The translations under genes were made by a program, and so were the position numbers. Source: Psammoneis japonica (Eukaryota). From it: a DNA stretch of 64,000 bases. Numbering within the stretch: position 1 is the first letter of the stretch; each line of letters starts with the position of its first letter. Below, piece after piece: positions 1 to 13,051 of the stretch. The DNA is taken from the NCBI GenBank assembly GCA_008632985.1, contig QPGO01000315.1:1-64000 (forward strand), written 5' to 3'. The notes below the pieces were generated by a model. That model had not been told where the DNA came from and searched no databases. It saw only the letters and a list, made by a program, of their open reading frames with translations.

Positions 1-322
1 GCTTTCAGCAAGATTTCTCAGCTTTTTGTTGAGGGCAGCCCCAATGAGAATGGCAACGACCAGCCAACCTGTCAGGAAACAGCCTGGAAGGGTGCTGCTA
101 GACAGCTGTTGGCTCTCAACAGTTTGAGTTGACTGGACCAGTCAAGCAGTCTCAGCAAATTGGGGAAAGTCTCCAGCCAGCTGCTGGCTGGAGAATCGTG
201 TGCAATGTTTGCACTGAAAGAGTCTGTCAATCTGTGCATCAGGGGGTTTTGGTGAACACTGGACAAACCCCAAAAATTGCACTGATGAGCAGATTTTTTC
301 AGCCAACAGTGGCTGGAGACAT

Positions 323-841
323 NNNNNNNNNNNNNNNNNNNNNNNNNNNNNNNNNNNNNNNNNNNNNNNNNNNNNNNNNNNNNNNNNNNNNNNNNNNNNN
401 NNNNNNNNNNNNNNNNNNNNNNNNNNNNNNNNNNNNNNNNNNNNNNNNNNNNNNNNNNNNNNNNNNNNNNNNNNNNNNNNNNNNNNNNNNNNNNNNNNNN
501 NNNNNNNNNNNNNNNNNNNNNNNNNNNNNNNNNNNNNNNNNNNNNNNNNNNNNNNNNNNNNNNNNNNNNNNNNNNNNNNNNNNNNNNNNNNNNNNNNNNN
601 NNNNNNNNNNNNNNNNNNNNNNNNNNNNNNNNNNNNNNNNNNNNNNNNNNNNNNNNNNNNNNNNNNNNNNNNNNNNNNNNNNNNNNNNNNNNNNNNNNNN
701 NNNNNNNNNNNNNNNNNNNNNNNNNNNNNNNNNNNNNNNNNNNNNNNNNNNNNNNNNNNNNNNNNNNNNNNNNNNNNNNNNNNNNNNNNNNNNNNNNNNN
801 NNNNNNNNNNNNNNNNNNNNNNNNNNNNNNNNNNNNNNNNN
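323..841. other. Assembly gap (run of N)
   Basis: Continuous N run; ORFs spanning it are artefacts. Confidence 0.99.
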
Positions 842-3800
842 GCTTGTTTGTGAAAGGGCATGCCAGCAAAAGCTCAAGTTGGGTGTGTTGTGTCACTTTC
901 TGGTCTCACTTCCTGCACAACAGCAAAAAGGGTGGGTTGTCTGAATCGCTCATTTGGCGGCATTTGCATCTCCTCTAGAGTGTCCAGGGTGCTTGTTTTC
1001 CTGCACAAAAAACCTTGCAGTGCTTGTTGACCTTGGCACATTTCAGATCAACTGGGCTTTGTTGTGGTGCTTTGTGACAGACAAGTGGCCCAACATCATT
1101 TCAGTCGATTGAGTGCATTTCTTCCCAACAATGCTGTCACATTGGCAGCTGTTTTTGCAGCAAAAAGAAAGTTGCTTCAAAGCCAAGAACAAGTGTTGAG
1201 ACTGTGGTGTGAGGAGCAAGAGTGGCAAGGACCCATGAATCTGTTGGGGTGCACAAGCTCCAGTGCAAATGTGTGTCATGGCCTGTTGCCATGCACAGCA
1301 CACAAACAATGACAAACTTTGTGATGGATTTTGTGAAGGCCTGGCTTTTGAAAAGACAAACTTGTCATTTGTAAAATCTCACAAATGATGACAACTTGCT
1401 GGATTTCCAGAGTTCAAAGTGCACAAAAGCATTGGTGGCAGGCAGAGACAAGCAGCTGAGCTCATGACATTTGTTGCTGATGGAGCAAGGCTTGGTGCAG
1501 TGCCAACAGTGACAGCACCAGCTGAATTCCAAGAGCAACAACCCAAGTTGACCACCACAACACAAGCCACAGTGTTTGTTGTTGCAGTTGAGCTGGCTGA
1601 CATGATTTTTGAAAAGCTCTTGTGTGGCAAGGCACCCAAAGCAGACAATGCTCACATGTTGCAATGGCAGATTTTTGACTGTCAACATTGCTTCACAACT
1701 TGTTGCCACATGTGCCAATGCCCACTCTGCATGGGTTGTGCACTCTCCTTTGCAAATTCTTGGGGAGCAGTGTGTGTCCACTTGAGTTGTCAGTCATGAG
1801 ATGAGCCCCAAGTGTGGAGGATGGCACAACTGATCTGCAGCTTCAAAAGCCTTCCAACAGCATGCTTTGAGTCACACCCCAGGAAATGATGTGGAGAATC
1901 CAGCAGGCAACCAATGCAGACTGCAATGAGAGCAGCAACTCTGTGAGATTGCAACACTTGATGGTTTTCAGGTGAGATTTTTTGTGCCTGTAAATTTGCT
2001 CAAATGGGTGTGGTGTGCAGTGCTGTGACTTCTGCATTGCCTGGAAAGCTCTTGCACAAAACAGCAGGGGTTTGTGGCCAGTGAACAGTTTGTGCATGAA
2101 AGGCCAGGAGATGAGGGCCCAGCAGACCCATCAAGAAACTTGGTGGTGCACAGAATGAGCACAATGTGTGACAATGTCTTAAGTCAACAAAGTGGATGTG
2201 GCTGCAGTGGCACTGAAGAATTCCCCAAAAGAGCAAGTGGGGGCATTGGCCAGGGAGCAAAATGGGGGCAAAAATTCTCCGTGAAGAACAGCAGACCTTC
2301 AAGAGGTGACGAAACAGAGATGTTGCCCTCCTCCTCTTTGCAGAGAGGAAGAAGCAAGGCTGTCTGGCACAGATGACAGCAAGCACCCTCCATGCAACCA
2401 GATGGCCCTCAAAGCACATGAGTGCACAAAGGCTGCAAGCTCAAGGGCAAGTGCATCTGTTGTTGCCACAGCATGGCAGCAGCAGGCTACAAAGGAAAGG
2501 GTTGCTGGCTGGCAAAACCAAGAAATTTGAGCAAGGTGGCTCAGCAGTGCAAGGTGAGTTGGCTAAGAAAGCTAAAAAAGGAGAGCCAAGCCTGACAAAA
2601 GGAGCTGGCATGGATGAATTTGTGAAAACAAACAGGCTGCTGGAGTTTCCAGGATTTCAGAGCTGCTTGTGGACCCAGGTGTGGGCGGGCAGCAGATGTG
2701 GGAGCAAGGATGCATGAACAACTCTGTGTGCCTTGGAAGTTGAAGAGATTGTGTTGTCAACTCATGCAGCAAAGATCAACAAGCTGGCCCAAGCAGAGAT
2801 TCTTGTGCAAAGATCAATGCTTGAAGACGTGAGCAAGTCAACAGCAAAAATTGCCACAAGATGACAAAGCTGCACACCAGGCATGAATGACGTCACTGCA
2901 CACTTTGCATTGGCACTTGTTGTCATTGGAGAGCTGTTGGCCATGCTCCTCACAGACAGCAAAAGAGCTTTTCTTGGTGGAGTGTTTCAGAATGGAGAGC
3001 AAACACCAGCAATGGTCTGAGAAATTTTGTGCCAGGAGCACATTGCAGCAATTGTCGAGGGCCTTGTGCAGAGCAAACCAAGTGGCTGCTCAGTGTTGCA
3101 AAGAGATGGCACATGAGTGTTTGAGTTTGTGGAGTGCACAAGGAGCAAAACAAAGTCTGTGTTGCACCTCTGATGGGCAAATCACAACATTGCAGGGTGG
3201 CTCATGTGGGTGGGCAACTGCCTTGCAGCTAGAGAGAAAAGTGAAGCAATGAAACTGAGAGACAAAACAAAGAAACTGTTTTTGCTGCAATGATCATCTG
3301 GGAGAACTTAAGAAACAAGTCTGGTGCAAAGTTGACCGCAACAAAAAGGAAACATGCAGAAGTCTCAAACAACCAGCTGAGGAGCAAAGCTTGCTTTGAA
3401 AGGATGAGCTCAAAGAAGAAGCTGGCACACACAAGCTGCACACTTTGTCCAAGGCAGAGGCTCCTCTGTCCTTGAGAAATGCAAGGAAAGCAAAAAGCTT
3501 GAGAAGTGCCTCTCTGAAGTTGGAAAATTGCAACACATGATGGAATGCAGTTGGCCAGAGTTTTTGAATGCTCCTGCATCACATGAAATGTCACAATTCA
3601 TGAGTGAAGCAACAGCTCCACATGTGGCAGCAGCTTTTGAGTGAGTTGTACAAGACTGCCAGAAAATGACAAGCTGTGAGCTGTTCTTGAAAGCTTGTGA
3701 AGAACAAGACAGTGACCAGTCTTTGATTTTGAGATCAAGGCCAGAGAACAATGCAGAATTTACAAACATGAAATTTGACATGGCACAAATGGATGTCTTG

Positions 3801-6800
3801 GGTTTCTGCAAGGAGCACCCATTGGCATGCAAAGGAAAACAATGCCTGTTGTGGCACCACATGTGCCAGAAGCAGAGTTGTTTTTAGCAACTCAACATGG
3901 CCAGGACTTGACATTTTTGTTGAGAGCACTTAACAGCACAGGGCCAAAAGCGAGGCTGATGACACAGCCAGAGAATGGCAACAAAAGAGCACAAGATTTG
4001 ATGGTGCACACAACAAGTGGTCTGTCAGTTCTTGTGTGCACACAATGTGTTGAAGCAAAACAGCATTTTGTGTGTGAGTTGAAGGAGAGAGCAGCATTGT
4101 TCATTGTGTGTTTGTGGGTCACCAGTGGCAATGACACAACTTTGTCTTTGTGAAGATCCTTGCTGCAGAGCACTCCACCAAGACATTTGTGAGCAAAGAT
4201 GGGCACATGCAGTTGGGAACTCACAAATGGCAGGGGTGCAATTTTTGTCATGAGCTCTTGTTTGTGAAAAACCTTTCTCAGCTCTTGAAACCACATGTTT
4301 GACTGTGCACCTTTTCTCTGTGCCACAATTCACTGGCATCAACTTGGCAAAGCTGTTGACATGGTGCATGCCCCTTTTTTCAAGAAGCACTCATGGGCAG
4401 CCAACAGCTTTTTGTGGTTGTGTGTGGCTTGTGGTGTGGTGTGAGTTCACTTTGCACCAGAGAGCTGGTGCCACTGCAAGAAACATCTCAACCAGTTTTT
4501 GAGACAGCTCTTGATTTTGGGGTCAAAGGTGAGTGTGCATGGTGTGCTCACCCAGGCTTCTTTTTCACCCCATTGAGTCTGCAAAGCATGCCAAGCTTGG
4601 AACAAGAGCTTCCACAGTTGGGGTTGCCACAACCACAGAAGTGATCATCTGTCATTGTTGCTCTGGTTTCTTGGGTGATGCAGCCAATGCCCCCTGAAGT
4701 CAGGTGTCTTCTTTTGTTTTGCAAGTGCAGAGGTGACCAATGCATGGCAAATTGTCATTCTCTCACACCGGATTTTGGCCTTCTGTTGTGAGGACTCTCA
4801 TTTCAAAAAGCACTCCAAGCAAATGGCCAAACACAATTGAGGTGCACCTCAAAATTTTGAAAGGTTTGGGCACCTCGTGATGAGCTCTTGCCCCAGCTGG
4901 GACACTGCAGGATGTTCAGCCCGCAGAATTCTGTGCACAAGCTCCACAGCAAATTTGTGAGGAAAAGAACAAGGAAATGGTTGCCAACAGAAAAGAGACA
5001 ATTTTGCAATCAAAGAATGTGCTTGTCCATGCTTGAGAAGCACATCATTTGTGGTGTGCCCAGGTGTTTTCTTCAGGCATGAAGAAATCACCCAGTCCAT
5101 TTCTTTTGGGGGCAAAATGGAAATCCTTTGGCTTCACACAACAGGTCATGTGAAACAACTTTTCAAAAGAGCACATGTGGAAATGTGCTTGTGCATTGTG
5201 CACTGAGTGGCACACAGTCAAAAATGTTCTGTCACAAAAAAGCAGTGCTGTGAGGCCTCTGAGCACCTGGAGCACATGGGGTGTTTGTGTCAATGACAAA
5301 GGGAGAGTTTCAAAAGTGGTTGGTCATGAGTCTGCAATGCAAAAGTCATGAGCTGATTCACAAGAAGGACAAAAGCCAGAAAATCAAAGCCCCCAAAGTT
5401 GTGCCAGCACCCCAGGCCAGCTGAGCAAGAGCAAAGGCATGCAATCATGGGAACTGGAAAATTGTCCAGACACAACTGGCCTGCAGCTCCAGAAGAAGCC
5501 ATCCATCATGATGGTCAAACAGGCCATGGCAAGTGTTGCATCCAAACACTTGTGAGGCAAGTGGTCTCTTGGTTTGCAGCAATCTGGTGTGTGTCACACA
5601 CTGGGATGGTAGAACTCTGAGCACAGCACCAAAATCAAGTCATTTGACAGCATTGCTGCCACTGCATGAGCTGCTCTTGAGAGTGCTGCAATGAGAGATT
5701 TTGCCAAACTGATGACAAATCATGCTCCAGAGTGGTCAGCTCCCTTTTTGTCAGACAAGGACAGTGTGTCAAAATCAGCTGCACTCTTGACACCAAGGTG
5801 AGCAATGCCAGCCAGCATGTTTGTGCCAAACAAGGAAGACCACACAGTGGGCAAATTTGCTTTGGGTGCAGCTGCTGTAAGATCCCAATGTGTTTGTCTT
5901 GTCAGCTGTGCTCAACCACAACCCCAGGGGTGGGGTGAGGGGTGCATCACCTTGACTTGAAATGGAAACATTCAAACCATGTTGAGCACCATGGCACCCA
6001 TGGAAATGCAGTTGGAGGCAGCTGAAGACTTGGGCAATGAAGCCAGTCACTCAACAGCCCAAGTGTTGGGTCCTGTGGATCAGTGGATAAAATGGCTTGA
6101 CTCCAGAGTGACAGGAACATTTTAAGAAGAAGAAAGTGTCTTTGAAGGTGGTTTTTGGATTGAGCAGTGGGAGAGGTCAAGAACAGCAAATGCACAGTTT
6201 TGAGAGGGAAGCATTGCATTCATTCTTGCTGTGCACAGATTTCCATGAGACACAACTCTTGGGTGGTGTTTCTCAGAGTTGATGGGCAGTTGCAAATGAC
6301 ACACAGCTGATCTGCTTTAAAAGAAACAGTCCCCTGTCATTTGCATTTGGAAGTTTCCTGATCCATCAATGCACCACACAAAAAGCAGGCCTTTGTTTCA
6401 AACAATCAGGTGCACAAAACTCTCTCCATTGATGGCAAGCCAATGAATTCAAAAGGAGCCTCCATGTCTTTTCCATGTTCTGCAGATCTGCTGTCAGCTC
6501 TTGCTCTTTCTTGAGCTGCCAGCAGCCACAGCAGCCTTGGTTGAAGTTTGCCTCTTGCTCTTTTTCTCTCTGTGCTCAATTTCCATTTGCTCAAATCTTC
6601 ATTTCACCACAGCAATGTTCTCAGCAATGGAGAGCACAGGCAAAAAATGTCAAACATTCACTGCATTCTTTCTGCTCCAAATTCTGGAAATTGTTTTTAG
6701 CCTTCTAGAGAGTGCGCTGGCTGTGGGACAGATTGCTGCTTGCAAGTGTGGGGGATGATGGCCTGGATGACACCCTGAAGACACTGACACAATGTCCTGG

Positions 6801-8404
6801 TTCAAAGCTCTTGAAGTTCAACAAAAGGGGCGTGCAGGGCATTGAACTTGCTGCTGCCACCCATGATGACAGAGTTGCATGGCATGGGTGTGCACTGTGC
6901 TTGAAGAACGAGCACAAATGAGAGCAGAGTAAATTGCAAAAAGTGGAAATTATGACATTAAATTTTGCACTGCAATTTTGGGATTCTCCGAAGGAGTTCT
7001 CAGTGGCCCAAAGCATTTGCACTGCTTTGCAGAGAAAAGGCATTTTGGAGAATCTGGTCATGACAACAGACTGTCCGGATGCCATCAACATTGACATCTC
7101 ATGTGTCAACATTGTCTGTTGATCACACTTGCAATTTTGAACTTCCGATCAATTCGGTGTGATCCATCTGACCTTTGTGCACTGTTGACACATGTGCAAT
7201 GACATGTGGTTGTGAATGTGCATTTTCATCTGCTCAAATGCAGGTGGCCACTGCATGCAACATGCTGACCCAAAAGAAAAAATCCTCCTGAGCAGCTGCA
7301 GTGCCGTGGGCTCCCATGTGGCCATGAATTTAATGCACGACAATGGGATCAATCCAAAACAATTGACTGGTCATGATGAAGCAGGTTTCACTGGGATCAG
7401 AAGCAGCATCCCTCAAATGCAAACTCTTTGTTCATTCACAGCAAGCAGTTTGAGATTGCTGCACTGGCACATTGAGGCCATTCTTGCTGTCAACTTGGCA
7501 AGCAAGCACACAGGCCTGCCAGTGGATCACCTCACATCATCATGGCAAGAATCCTCATGACATGTGTTGCCACTTGCCACCTCTCTGCCATTTGCGGCCG
7601 GCATGTTTGAAGCACAAAAAAAGAGTGTTCATGGCTGTGCATCTGCTGCGAAATTCTAAAGAAACTTGGAGGCACCTTTGCACACAATGACCTGGGCAAG
7701 CCAGGTGGAGCTGGAGCTTCATGACATCACACAGGCCAGGTGTGAGAGTTCTGCATGAACTTGATCATCACACCATCAGCTTCAAACAGAATCTGTTCAA
7801 GACAGCAATGAACTGTCATTGAGCCAAAAGTGTGACACATGGGAGATCCAGTCACATCCATGTGACCTGGACAAGCTTGGCAAAAAAAAGCCACATTTGG
7901 TGATGTCACACTGGGCAGGTGCAGGCAGGGCAATGCATGGGACAGATGCTCCCCAAGCCTTTGAATGGGTCCAATGTGACAGTGGAAAGCCACAAACGGA
8001 CCTTTGTTCAGCATGACAACTGCACCAATTTGACCTGGATGAGCATGCAGCTGTGTCCATTGAGTGCAACAGAACCAAAACTGGGAATTTAAAAAAAATC
8101 TTGCCAACTTCTTTCTGGACATCTAGAAGTGTCCAATGACACACCATGCATCATGTAAAAACCTCTGGCACCCTGCCTTTTTAGACAGGATTCTTTTGCC
8201 TGTGGTGCCCTTGGACCCTGTGGTGACAAAACAACAAATGAACAATCTAAACAAGCTTCTTGTGTCTTGTAAAGCAGTGTCCATTTCTACATTGGGAGTT
8301 TCTTCCACTGCAAGGAAAAGTCTCATGACCCAATGTGCACCAGTTTCCCATGGGAGATTCCATGCGGAGATGCACGGGCTGCAAAAAGCATCCCCTTTTA
8401 AATG

Positions 8405-10089
8405 TCACTTGCACATTGGCTTGCTCAACTTTTGGGAAAGAGACTCAATTGCGGGTGTCACCCAGTCTTCTTGTTGATCATTCATGACAGGAGGGCTCAC
8501 TTTCTGCATGTCAAAAACAACAGCTTTAGTGTGGCCTTCATGATGACAGACACCAACATTCCTCCATGCTGCATTGTCATGACAAATTCCTTTTGCCATG
8601 AAGTCATTTCTCAATGTCATCTCTGCTGCAGTCAACTCTGCCTGATTTCTGACTGGAGACTGAAACAAGGGCATGAGTGGGGCACTTTGATCCACAGCTT
8701 TCAAAACTTGAATGGTCTTTTGAACTGGATCAAGATGTGAGCAAACTTGCATCCACATGTTCCTTTCATGTTCAACCTTCTTGCCATCATCATCCTTGAA
8801 GAAAAACTTCAAGGCCCTGACTGCATTCTTTGCACCACCAGAGACAAGGAAAACTCTGCCATCAGCACCAGTGCCTGAATCTTTCCAAAGGAAAAAGTTC
8901 TTTGCAGCACCAGAGATGCAGAAATCAAACCGCAAATGATCAAAATCTGGGGCCCTTTTCCAAGCAGAAGTCTTTTCATTGACTGAATGCAACACAGTTG
9001 GTGCACCATCTTGCCGAGCAAGCATTGTCTTTTTTGTCACCGACGCCAACACCATCGGCAGCACTTTGTCATTCCACTTCACAACCAACGTGCCACAGAA
9101 TTTGCGAGGTGCATCATCTTTGTCCAGATGCATGTCTCCCTCAGCTGACTGCCAGTCGTCAACAGATTGCAAGCCTGCAGAGACACTCTTTACCCTGCTG
9201 GGCGTTTGTGGCAGCGGGGGGAATCTGCCGCACTTTCCAAGTCCACATCCTCAGAGGCATTCACCTTGTTTTGTTTTGGGCTCTTCTTCATTGGAGCAGA
9301 GCACAGAACAGATGCTGGGAGACTTGTCAAGCCAGCACAATTGTTGCTCTCCTTGTTGTTCAACCAGCATGTTTGCCACTCCTCGTAGGATGTCAGGATC
9401 GCAAGTGGAGCGGTGACTCTGAAAATGCTGGACAGATGCAGGAGTTGGTCGCAAACCTCCCCTGGAATGTTTGGGTGCACCAGCATGGCATCCCCTGGCT
9501 GCTTGCCCTCAAATGTCTCAATCGGGTGACCACTCACAAGAATCAACATGAAATCCAGATGATTTCTTGTCATTTCTGCCTCTGCACGGATGGCGATCAC
9601 GTCACGGACGTCTGAGGATTCCAGGATGTCAGCTGTCACCATTTCCACAAACTTGTTCACTCTTGCTTTGTTTGAATGCCCCCCAGAGTGCCAGTTTTCT
9701 GTTGTGTTTGGTTCCATGTGTTTGTTTTGGGAAAGGCGTGTTTGATGGGGTCTGTCAAGATTGCAAACTCTGAAACAATCAGAGAGGCAGATGCATGCTG
9801 CTGTTCCGTTGGTGCCGACGGATTCGACGTGAAATTTGTTGTCTCGCAAAGTGGTCCCAGCTCCGGCAAGCCATGCAAAAAAATTGATTTCTGGGAGGCT
9901 GATTCTTCTAGAGTTGCTTTGATTGTGTTGCAAGTTTGCGGTGTCACTGGACACAGGGAACAACGCGTTGAGGCCAAAACACGACAATCGAGAATCGAGA
10001 ACGCTGGCTCGACAAAAGCGCAGCTCAAAATTACGAACCTGCATGTTGTTGTTGCTGCTGTGATGGACCCAATGTGCAAGTGCCGCCAT
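8405..10089 (-). pseudogene. Hypermutated protein-kinase-like gene relic (two ORFs, frameshifted)
   Basis: ORF 8405-9172 has a Gly loop (GTGADGRV), ALKFF lysine motif, HDNAAWRNVG catalytic-loop remnant and VVFD; ORF 9190-10089 looks like its N-terminal part; Tyr almost absent. Confidence 0.6.
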
Positions 10090-10393
10090 TCACAAGCGAT
10101 GCGAAGCCTGTGACCTCATCTCCGTCACTGTCGCGCAAGCACTCTGCACTTTTCTTGTTGAGCCAACAAACGAGCTCATCGTTGTTGATCAGTTTCACAC
10201 CACCAACACCAACTGCGGCAATCTTCTTGGTCATCATGGTCATCATAAAAACACAAGACGTTTCGTTTCAATTGCTGTTTCTGACACAGTGCCTGATGCC
10301 GCTTGTGCTGTGTCACAGCATGCGCAACACGCAACACGCAACATGCCCCCTCTGGCCCGCTGGCTGGAAAAAACCTGCCCTGCACCACTGAGG

Positions 10394-10849
10394 CGGTTTC
10401 TTTTGTAAAAATTCGACAAACAAATGAACGACAAACATTGTGAGTCTAATTGGTCAAAATGTGTTTGTCAATGTGTCGCTTTCCGACCCCTTCCAATGCA
10501 AATGAAAGACAAACATCGGCCGGCAGCAGTTTGAATTGCTTGATGCATCATTGTGCATGAATGACAACACAAATTTTTGAATCTTTTTGTGTTTGTTCGT
10601 GTCATGTGCTCAAGACATGACGAACATTTACATTGGTGTAAATGATTGCATGCATCATAAATGTCATTTCGGCTGGCGGGCGGTTTGTTTGTCCATTTTG
10701 TTTGTCTCTCGAGTTGTGGCAGCGATTCGATTTTGGTGCCACAGCGGCATCGACAAAGACAAACAAATGAACACTTCACAACCCAAATGACTGACAAGAC
10801 TCAAAATGTTTGTCGTTTGTCGTTTGTCAAAAATTTGCAAAAGAAACCG
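10394..10849. mobile_element. MITE-like element with ~55 bp imperfect terminal inverted repeats
   Basis: CGGTTTCTTTTGTAAAAATT...GAGTCT at 10394-10447 is the reverse complement of AGACTC...AAATTTGCAAAAGAAACCG at 10797-10849; no clear TSD. Confidence 0.65.
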
Positions 10850-10941
10850 TTTCGCGTTTGCCGCGTGCGCAACTTTCCTCGCTCGAACTGGAACATCGAA
10901 CGTCAAACACAGTGAACAGTTCCAAGTTGCGCGACCCGAAA

Positions 10942-11907
10942 GAGAATTGCCAATTCCTCACCACGGAGATGCTCACCAAATGCTCACCACGTCTGTTTGC
11001 GTCAGTCGCGCGAATGCTTCCTGCCCCACCCGACCCCCTTCACACCCTTCCTCATCGACGCCCAAATTTCGCCAAGTCGAAAATTCCACTGCGCTGTAGC
11101 GTGCTGTAGAGCAACGGCGATCGATTTGAGACGTCACATGCTGAGCCGCATGTAGAAATCTGCTGAGATGACTTGATGTGTTTTTCGTGTAAGTCGCCAT
11201 GGCGTCTGCGGCCGTTTCTCACAACTTCTTCCAGATTTAAAACAATGGAAGTAGCACCATACGATGATGTCAAGTCCACATGATCATGTCAGGTGAAGAA
11301 AATGGCAAAATGGTGTGGACTTGTGGCTAAAATGGACTTGTTGTACTCACAGGATTGTTCGTGCACCATGCAAACTCAGTGCACAAGGCAGCTAAACTAG
11401 ATCCACACGACACACCAACAAGCTTAAAGACCAACTTAAATCTGGAGGATTTAATCGGCTTGTCATCATGTAGTTTGATCTTAGACTGAGGGGTCGAAAT
11501 GGCCCGAGAAAAGGATCTAAAACTTGACAATTGACAGCTTCTGAAAAAACTCCATGAGTCTGCGATCACAGCACTGGACAAAAGAGAAATGAACTTCACA
11601 GACTAATTGACATACGACGATTCGATTGCTCTTCTTTTTGTGGTCATACGGTTGAAATTTGATGCCGTTACGGGCCATCATTTTCATGCTCTGTGTGCCA
11701 CCATGTTGTCGATGCGTGTTGTTTTCTGTTTTCTGGGTGTTGCCGTCAGTTTTGGTCGGTTTTGATGGGGGGGGGGGATTGTGTTTGGTTTGAAAGAGTG
11801 ATGTGGCAGTTCGCATGTGACGGAGAGACTGACGCAATGTGTTCAACGAAAAAGTCGTGGTGAGCATTTGGCGAGCATCTCCGTGGTGAGGAATTGTGGC
11901 AATTCTC
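10942..11907. mobile_element. Non-autonomous DNA transposon with ~50 bp TIRs and 8-bp TSD ACCCGAAA
   Basis: TIR GAGAATTGCC(AC)AATTCCTCACCACGGAGATGCTCRCCAAATGCTCACCACG at 10942-10991 and inverted at 11856-11907; direct repeat ACCCGAAA at 10934-10941 and 11908-11915. Confidence 0.88.
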
Positions 11908-11928
11908 ACCCGAAAGACGGCAAAATGC

Positions 11929-12345
11929 ATGCCCACGATGACGGGCTCCAACTCTCCACTAACTCTGAAGCAAGCTCGCTGTCTTTTGCAGTTGGATGGA
12001 GAGGCAATGCCACTGAAAAAGACTCAAATCCAACAAGCTTTTCTTCGAGCTGCGCAAATGTGCCACCCCGACCGTCGCCACCATCGCGACGCGACGCCTT
12101 GCTCTGAGCGCTTTCGACAAGCCCAAGAAGCGAAAGAGCTTCTTCTTTCTCAGTGTTGTGGTGGCAAAGGACAGAATGTACATGTCCGTTGTCAAAGCAG
12201 TGGTGGTGGTGGTTTCGCACAAGGATTTCCAACTCGGAAATTGAGAATTCTGACGCTGAAGCAGAACCTCATTCTCCGGGGGCTCGTTTTAACAACCATT
12301 GCATTTGGCACATTGCACGAAGAATGGAGTCGAAAGAAAGTTTGA
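11929..12345 (+). pseudogene. Small J-domain (DnaJ-type) protein with C-terminal hydrophobic segment, TpA-mutated
   Basis: IQQAFLRAAQMCHPD...ERFRQAQEAKELL J-domain signature with HPD; Cys/His at positions where Tyr is typical (C-HPD); no Tyr in the ORF. Confidence 0.7.
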
Positions 12346-13051
12346 CACTCATGGCATTGTTTGGTTCCATGCAATGCCTCAGACTCTGACTGAAAGAGCC
12401 ACACACTCTCCCACTCGGGTGACCAAGAACTCGTTTGCGATCTTTGTCCATGATGAAAGTGACAGCAGTCACACTTCCATCGTGGAACAATTGATGGAAA
12501 ACCCACCGCTTTGTGAGGCCTCTGGGAAGGCCCCTGCCGTGCCAGCATCAATGAGGCACTGCAATGACCCAGAACCCAGATCCTGCTGAACGAGACACCA
12601 GGAAATGGATCAATCCCTCCAAACCGCTCAATTCTTCCTTGCTCATTCAAGACAGAGACTGGGTCATTCTTCGTTGTGTTTGAGGAGATTGACATTGCAG
12701 TGGAGACCTGCTCTCTTGAGAGACTGCTAGAGCCACTGCTGGCACTCTAGAGTGGTCAGACCGGACCACAATTCCAACCCCCCGACTGTTGTGCCGTGTG
12801 CACCCGGATGTGGGATTGGATTTTGAATCTCGAGCTCCATTGCAAACAGTGTCGTTGACAGTTCACATCGTTCGTTGCCGTTGCTCTGTTGTCACACTTT
12901 GTCCATTGCTTGGAACTGACAGTGATGCAAATCAAACGGTTGCGCCTGTCGACAGAGGTTTCTCAACGGCAACCCACCACGCGCCGACGACGCGACCATG
13001 TTGGATTTGTGCGCCGAATCGGTGTTTGATCTATCTCCAAAAGACGAAAAC

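Noticed and set aside
72..944. Four long ORFs at the window start
   Set aside because: They span the N gap.
1000..8300. Dozens of short Cys/His-rich ORFs as novel metal-binding proteins
   Set aside because: Composition and openness are explained by TpA/CpG loss; no recognisable domains.
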